A DNA stretch of 64,000 bases from an uncultured delta proteobacterium (GTDB lineage: Bacteria > Desulfobacterota > Binatia > UBA9968): NCBI GenBank assembly GCA_963755715.1, contig CAVWLW010000006.1, positions 35,358-99,357 of the forward strand, in the 5' to 3' direction. The notes under the pieces are model-generated. The model was not told the origin of the DNA. It was given only the letters and a program-made list of their open reading frames with translations, and did no database searches. A program made the position numbers and the translations under genes. This document shows, in pieces, positions 58,952-64,000 of the stretch (its first letter is position 1; each line of letters opens with the position of its first letter).

Positions 58952-61219
58952 ATGATCAGCAAAGAACTCGAAGGAACGCTGAACGTCGCGCTTAAAGAAG
59001 CGAAAGCGCGGCGCCACGAGTACGTCAGCTTGGAGCATCTGTTATTCGCGCTGCTCAAGGACAAGGACGGTAAAGCGGCGATTGTGGCCTGCGGCGGCGA
59101 CGTCGAGCGGCTGGCCAAATCATTGGAGGAATTTTTCAGCGACCGGTTAGAAACCCTGCCCGAAGGGTGGGGGGACCAGGAACCGCAACAAACCTTAAGC
59201 TTTCACCGCGTCCTCCAGCGCGCCGTGATTCATGCGCAGTCGGCCGAACGCAAAGAAATTAACGGCGCTAATTTACTGATCGCGATGTATCGCGAGCCAG
59301 ATTCCTACGCGGTTTTTTTGTTGGAAGAGCAGGGCGTCACTCGTTTCGATCTGGTCAATTATGTCTCCCACGGCGTGTCGAAGATCGCCACCGAGGAAGA
59401 ATCCGAGACGCAGTCCGACGAGGAAGAACCCGGCGACGAGCGGCCATCCAAACGGGTAAAGCCGCTGGAAGCGTTTACCGTGAACCTGGTCGACAAAGCG
59501 GCGCGGGGCCTCATTGATCCGCTGATCGGCCGCGATGATGAGATCGAGCGGACGATCCATGTGCTCTGTCGAAGGCGGAAAAACAACCCGATCTACGTCG
59601 GTGATCCGGGGGTCGGCAAAACCGCTATCGCTGAGGGCTTGGCGATGCAGATTCACGACGGCGCGGTGCCGGATGTGCTCAAAGATGCGGTGATTTACGC
59701 CCTCGATATGGGCGCACTGCTTGCCGGCACCAAGTTTCGCGGCGATTTCGAAGCGCGCCTCAAGGGCGTGCTGAACGGACTCAAAAAACATCCCAACTCG
59801 ATTCTGTTTATCGACGAGATTCACACGATTGTCGGCGCCGGTGCGACCAGCGGCGGCTCCATGGACGCTTCCAATATTCTAAAGCCGGCCTTGGCCTCCG
59901 GTGAGCTTAAATGCATCGGCTCGACCACCTATCACGATTATAAGAGCTACTTCGAGCGCGACCGCGCGCTGGCCCGGCGTTTCCAAAAGATCGAAATTCC
60001 GGAGCCGAGCCAAGAAGACGCGATCAAAATCCTCGAGGGTTTGAAGCCGCATTATGAGAAGCATCACGGCGTACGTTACAGCAGCGGCGCGATCCGGGCG
60101 GCGGTCAAACTTTCGGCTAAGCATATCAACGACCGGCGCTTGCCGGACAAGGCGATCGACGTCATCGACGAGATCGGCGCCGCGGTAAAAATCCAGCCCG
60201 AAGAGAAACGGCGCAAAACCATCGGTCCCAAAGACGTCGAAATTATGGTCGCTAAAATCGCCAAGATTCCGCCGCGCAGCGTGTCGAGCTCTGACAAAGA
60301 ACAACTGCAAAATTTGGATCGCGATCTGAAGCTCGTCGTTTATGGCCAAGACTCGGCGATCGACACGCTGGCGAGCACGATCAAGCTCTCGCGCTCCGGT
60401 TTGGGCCATCCCGAAAAACCGATCGGTTGTTTTCTCTTTGCCGGGCCCACCGGCGTCGGTAAGACCGAGCTGGCCAAGCAACTGGCCAAAACCATGGGCA
60501 TCGAGTTCTTGCGCTTCGACATGAGCGAATACATGGAAAAGCATACGGTATCGCGCCTGATCGGGGCGCCGCCGGGCTATGTCGGCTTCGATCAGGGCGG
60601 TTTGCTGACCGACTCGATCAATCGCAATCCTTACGCCGTGCTGCTGCTCGATGAAATCGAAAAAGCCCATCCGGATCTTTTCAATATTTTGCTGCAAGTG
60701 ATGGATCACGCGACCTTGACGGATAACAACGGCAAAAAAGCCGATTTTCGCAATATCGTCTTGATCATGACGACCAACGCCGGCGCGCGCGAGATGAGCG
60801 GGGCGCCGCTCGGCTTCGGAGCGCAGTCAAACGCCGGCAAGGGCAAGGAAGCTATCGAAAAAATGTTCAGTCCGGAGTTTCGTAATCGACTCGATGCGAT
60901 GATTACGTTCAATTCGCTAAGCCAGGAAAATATCGAGCGCGTGGTCGACAAATTCATCATCGAGCTCGATCAGCAACTCAACGAGCGCAAGGTTTTCCTG
61001 CAGCTTACGGTCCGGGCGCGGGGCTGGTTTGCGGAGCGCGGCTATGATCCGACTTTCGGCGCGCGGCCAATGGCGCGGCTGATTCAAAACGAGATCAAGA
61101 GGGTTCTTGCCGACGAGATCCTGTTCGGCAAGCTGCAGAGCGGCGGCAAAGTTGAAGTCGACGAAAGCGAAGGGAAGCTAATTTTTTCCTATAGCACGCC
61201 GAGCGCTCCAAATCCGTAA
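58952..61219 (+). CDS. clpA: ATP-dependent Clp protease ATP-binding subunit
   Basis: Two AAA modules (GDPGVGKT, GPTGVGKT), no M-domain, LGF loop, 755 aa. Confidence 0.95.
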   Translation: MISKELEGTLNVALKEAKARRHEYVSLEHLLFALLKDKDGKAAIVACGGDVERLAKSLEEFFSDRLETLPEGWGDQEPQQTLSFHRVLQRAVIHAQSAERKEINGANLLIAMYREPDSYAVFLLEEQGVTRFDLVNYVSHGVSKIATEEESETQSDEEEPGDERPSKRVKPLEAFTVNLVDKAARGLIDPLIGRDDEIERTIHVLCRRRKNNPIYVGDPGVGKTAIAEGLAMQIHDGAVPDVLKDAVIYALDMGALLAGTKFRGDFEARLKGVLNGLKKHPNSILFIDEIHTIVGAGATSGGSMDASNILKPALASGELKCIGSTTYHDYKSYFERDRALARRFQKIEIPEPSQEDAIKILEGLKPHYEKHHGVRYSSGAIRAAVKLSAKHINDRRLPDKAIDVIDEIGAAVKIQPEEKRRKTIGPKDVEIMVAKIAKIPPRSVSSSDKEQLQNLDRDLKLVVYGQDSAIDTLASTIKLSRSGLGHPEKPIGCFLFAGPTGVGKTELAKQLAKTMGIEFLRFDMSEYMEKHTVSRLIGAPPGYVGFDQGGLLTDSINRNPYAVLLLDEIEKAHPDLFNILLQVMDHATLTDNNGKKADFRNIVLIMTTNAGAREMSGAPLGFGAQSNAGKGKEAIEKMFSPEFRNRLDAMITFNSLSQENIERVVDKFIIELDQQLNERKVFLQLTVRARGWFAERGYDPTFGARPMARLIQNEIKRVLADEILFGKLQSGGKVEVDESEGKLIFSYSTPSAPNP

Positions 61220-61275
61220 CCGGCAGGCCGCGCAAGCCGTCGCCATTTCTCTGGTCAGAGTGATTTCACGCCCGG

Positions 61276-62541
61276 ATGGAACAACTAATTGTAGTCCTGT
61301 TTCTGATCTTTTTCGCCCTCGATTTCCTCATTGAATTTGTCCTCAACGAGTTGAATCTGCGTTTCGTGCGCGCTCGCTCGGCAGAGAAAGACATCCCCGA
61401 TTCGTTTCGCGGCAAAATAAGCCCCAACGCCTACGAAAAATCGGTAGAATACAGCCTTGCCAAAGGACGCTTCGAGAGATGGACCGAAATTTATAGCCGG
61501 GCCGTTACCCTCGTGGTTTTATTCAGTGGGGTGCTGAGCTTGTTAGATCGACTGGCCGGCGGCCTAGCACAAAAATATTCTCTAGGCAGCTATGGCCAAG
61601 GCATCCTCTTCTGCCTGGCAATAGGTCTGCTTTTTTTTCTCGCGGGCCTTCCGCCAAGCCTTTACTCGACCTTTGGCCTCGAAGCCAGGTTTGGCTTCAA
61701 CAAAACCACCGTCGGCGTTTACCTCAGTGACAAGCTCAAAGGGCTCATTCTGGTTTTGCTAATCGGCGTGCCTTTTCTGTTTGTCGTGCTTTGGTTGATG
61801 GATGTGATGGGGCGCTTTTGGTGGATTTGGTCGTTCGGCTTTATCACGACGTTCCAACTCTTGATGATCGTGGTTTTTCCGACATTCATCGCGCCGTGGT
61901 TCAATAAATTCGAGCCGCTCAAACAGGGCGAGTTTCGTGACCGAATTCTTGCACTCGCCGATCAAGTCGGCTTTAAGACAAGCGGGATCTATGCGATGGA
62001 CGGGTCAAAACGTTCGTCTCATTCGAATGCCTATTTCACGGGCATCGGGAAATCTAAGAGGATCGTCCTGTTCGACACGTTGATCGAGCAGATGACGATT
62101 GACCAAGGGTTGGCGGTGTTGGCGCATGAGATGGGGCATTACAAAATGAAGCATATCGCGCGCATGCTGATCGTCCAGACGGGTTTTTTATTGACTGGTC
62201 TATTCGTTCTCAGTTTACTGCTCGATTTTTCGGCTCTTTATACGGCGTTCGGATTGACGCCGAGTCATCACGCTGCGTTGGTTCTCTTTAGCCTACTATC
62301 CGGACCGGTGATTTTTTATCTCGGGCCGCTTATGAACGTGCTATCACGCAAGCATGAATACGAAGCGGATCGCTTTGCTGCGCTCACCTTGCGCGACGGC
62401 AAACCGATGGAGGATGCCCTGATCAATCTTACGGTGAAGAATCTGTCGAACTTGACGCCCCATCCGTGGTACTCGGCGTACCATTACTCCCACCCGACAC
62501 CAGTGGAACGAATCAGCGCGATGCGTCGATCTCCAGCGTAA
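61276..62541 (+). CDS. M48 family Ste24-like endopeptidase
   Basis: TM helices; DGSKRSSHSNAYFTG, HEMGH, EYEAD, HYSHP. Confidence 0.92.
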   Translation: MEQLIVVLFLIFFALDFLIEFVLNELNLRFVRARSAEKDIPDSFRGKISPNAYEKSVEYSLAKGRFERWTEIYSRAVTLVVLFSGVLSLLDRLAGGLAQKYSLGSYGQGILFCLAIGLLFFLAGLPPSLYSTFGLEARFGFNKTTVGVYLSDKLKGLILVLLIGVPFLFVVLWLMDVMGRFWWIWSFGFITTFQLLMIVVFPTFIAPWFNKFEPLKQGEFRDRILALADQVGFKTSGIYAMDGSKRSSHSNAYFTGIGKSKRIVLFDTLIEQMTIDQGLAVLAHEMGHYKMKHIARMLIVQTGFLLTGLFVLSLLLDFSALYTAFGLTPSHHAALVLFSLLSGPVIFYLGPLMNVLSRKHEYEADRFAALTLRDGKPMEDALINLTVKNLSNLTPHPWYSAYHYSHPTPVERISAMRRSPA

Positions 62542-62561
62542 AAAAAATTTGCCGGTCCTTT

Positions 62562-62785
62562 TCATTTCTCGGGGAGAATAAATTTATCAATAATTGATTT
62601 GATTACGGCCGACTGAATTGGTTTTTGCAGATATTCGGCCATTCCCACGCGCAATGCTTCTTCGCGCCATTCCCATCCACTCAAGGCGCTGCAAGCAACG
62701 ATAGGGATATTGGCAGTCGTTGGATTTTTCTTAATCACTCTGGCGGCATCGATACCGGTTACGGCAAATTTTGGATGTTCTCCCG
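62562..62785 (-). pseudogene. C-terminal half of a single-domain response regulator receiver
   Basis: TGIDAARVIKKNPTTANIPIVACSA...EEALRVGMAEYLQKPI...; the N-terminal half with the phospho-Asp is missing and there is an in-frame stop just upstream. Confidence 0.7.
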
Positions 62786-62956
62786 TCTAAAATAGTACCC
62801 GGCTGTCCCAATATTGGTTGTCTCGACATTAGCGTCATGATTTTGCTGGTATTAAGACGTATTAGTATCAAGATATTCCCTTACCGACCAAAATATTCCT
62901 ATGAACCTCTGGTGTCTTAAAATAAAATCCGATGTCAACTTGTTCGCAAGGAGTGG

Positions 62957-63157
62957 TTGCCTGTGGCAGAGAAAGAGCTTTCATCGATTACGATCCTGAG
63001 GGTTAAGAAAGCATGCAGTCCCGTTACCAAATGCCCGGTGATCGTCGATGGTGAAACATGCGGTCTCGATGTCATAGAGGAAAAAACAGACGATCCTATT
63101 CCGCTACCGGTATACCGATGTTCTTTGGGGCATCGGTCCTACGATAAAAAAGACTGA
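62957..63157 (+). CDS. Small Cys/His-rich protein (zinc-ribbon-like)
   Basis: RBS AAGGAG; CP......C and YRCSLGH. Confidence 0.55.
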   Translation: MPVAEKELSSITILRVKKACSPVTKCPVIVDGETCGLDVIEEKTDDPIPLPVYRCSLGHRSYDKKD

Positions 63158-63218
63158 CCCCTCGTCGCCTCTGTTTAAGATTTCGTCGGCAGAATTTCGC
63201 AGAACAAGCTCCGATGAT

Positions 63219-63413
63219 GTGTGGCACTTCTGCGCTAACTGTTCGCACTGGCCGATTGATGCTTATGTTGCTTGCGTGGAAGTGCCGGGCGACTATGCCG
63301 CCTGTAACGAGTGCATCATTGAGTACGAGCGCGGGTTTCTGGCTAGTCTAAGAAAAGCATCCTTAAATGCCAGTCGCGCTTTTTCAGAACTACGTCTCTT
63401 GAAAATTAATTAA
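63219..63413 (+). CDS. Small Cys-rich protein (CxxC...CxxC)
   Basis: WHFCANCSHWP...CNEC. Start is uncertain; the frame is open upstream (EFRRTSSDDV). Confidence 0.5.
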   Translation: MWHFCANCSHWPIDAYVACVEVPGDYAACNECIIEYERGFLASLRKASLNASRAFSELRLLKIN

Positions 63414-63573
63414 AGGGAATGGTTTTTCTCGGTGACACTCTGGTCGTGCGTCAAAAGACTTTGGGACTGGATTTACTTTATTTCAGACCAGCCAAAGATT
63501 GGATCGATACTCAATCCGGCGCGTGAGGGATTTGGACGGCATCAAGATTTTGGCCGAACGAGCGCGGACAAAG

Positions 63574-63604
63574 AAAAGGCGCCTTAGGGGGCTAAGACGC
63601 CTTT
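63574..63604 (-). terminator. Probable intrinsic terminator
   Basis: Minus strand AGGCGTCTTAG-cccc-CTAAGGCGCCT-TTTCTTT. Confidence 0.5.
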
Positions 63605-64000
63605 GGTTGGCGATCAGGATTTAGAGGGCAATTGTCCTCATGACTCCCACCCGACGATTCTGGCAACGTTAGGGAGCCAGCTCAATAGCGAGCATCGCCA
63701 ACTCCTGATTTTAGGATAGCGCTCGAAAACGAGAAAAAAAGTAGCCGAGAAAAAACAACGACCGCTAAGGTCTGCGAGCTAAGGGATATGACTTAATGGG
63801 TCCGCGCCAGATTCTGAGTTTTCCTAGTTGCCGGTTAACAGCGGCGATAGTCCTTCTGCATTCCGCAATGGCATCTCTCGATTGTTGTAAGAATGGTCTC
63901 GGATCGCTGCTTGGACGGTAGGATTCTTAGGATTAAATACCTACTCTGCTCGACATAACGCGAAATTCGCTTGCTCGCCGACCTCGGCGTCACGGATGAC

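Noticed and set aside
1-64000. CRISPR array, tRNA/rRNA, tRNA-Sec, transposase or integrase
   Set aside because: No regularly spaced repeats, cloverleafs or recombinase motifs were recognised by eye; sel machinery would have to be elsewhere in the genome.

Overview
Bacterial chromosomal window, GC-rich with mostly ATG/GTG/TTG starts. The expansions of NMT1/THI5-type binding proteins, amidohydrolases and UbiD, plus small Cys-rich orphans, suggest a Binatia/Deltaproteobacteria-like soil genome (inference). At least ten genes carry single-base frameshifts that look like long-read assembly errors. Content in order: end of ileS and lspA; a catabolic operon (beta-hydroxyacid dehydrogenase, 2-oxoacid dehydrogenase E1a/E1b/E2, M24 hydrolase, ABC importer); hybrid kinase; UbiD; a MetE-like (Meth_synt_2) gene; a sigma54-controlled block with an ExeA-LysM-SPOR module; moaA; a ~20 kb accessory region (ECF/anti-sigma, tandem secreted paralogs, multicopper oxidase, two ChrA, ChrB/ChrF, beta-propellers, DUF1259); then a Moco-binding protein, korAB-like genes, clpS-clpA and an M48 peptidase. 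Top finding: the MetE-like gene (16298-15189, minus strand) is not frameshifted. It has an in-frame TGA exactly at the Zn-ligand Cys of the HxCRGN motif, followed 11 nt later by a bacterial SECIS-type hairpin, so it is a strong candidate for a selenocysteine-containing cobalamin-independent methionine-synthase-like enzyme. No tRNA, rRNA, CRISPR array or integrase/transposase was recognised.
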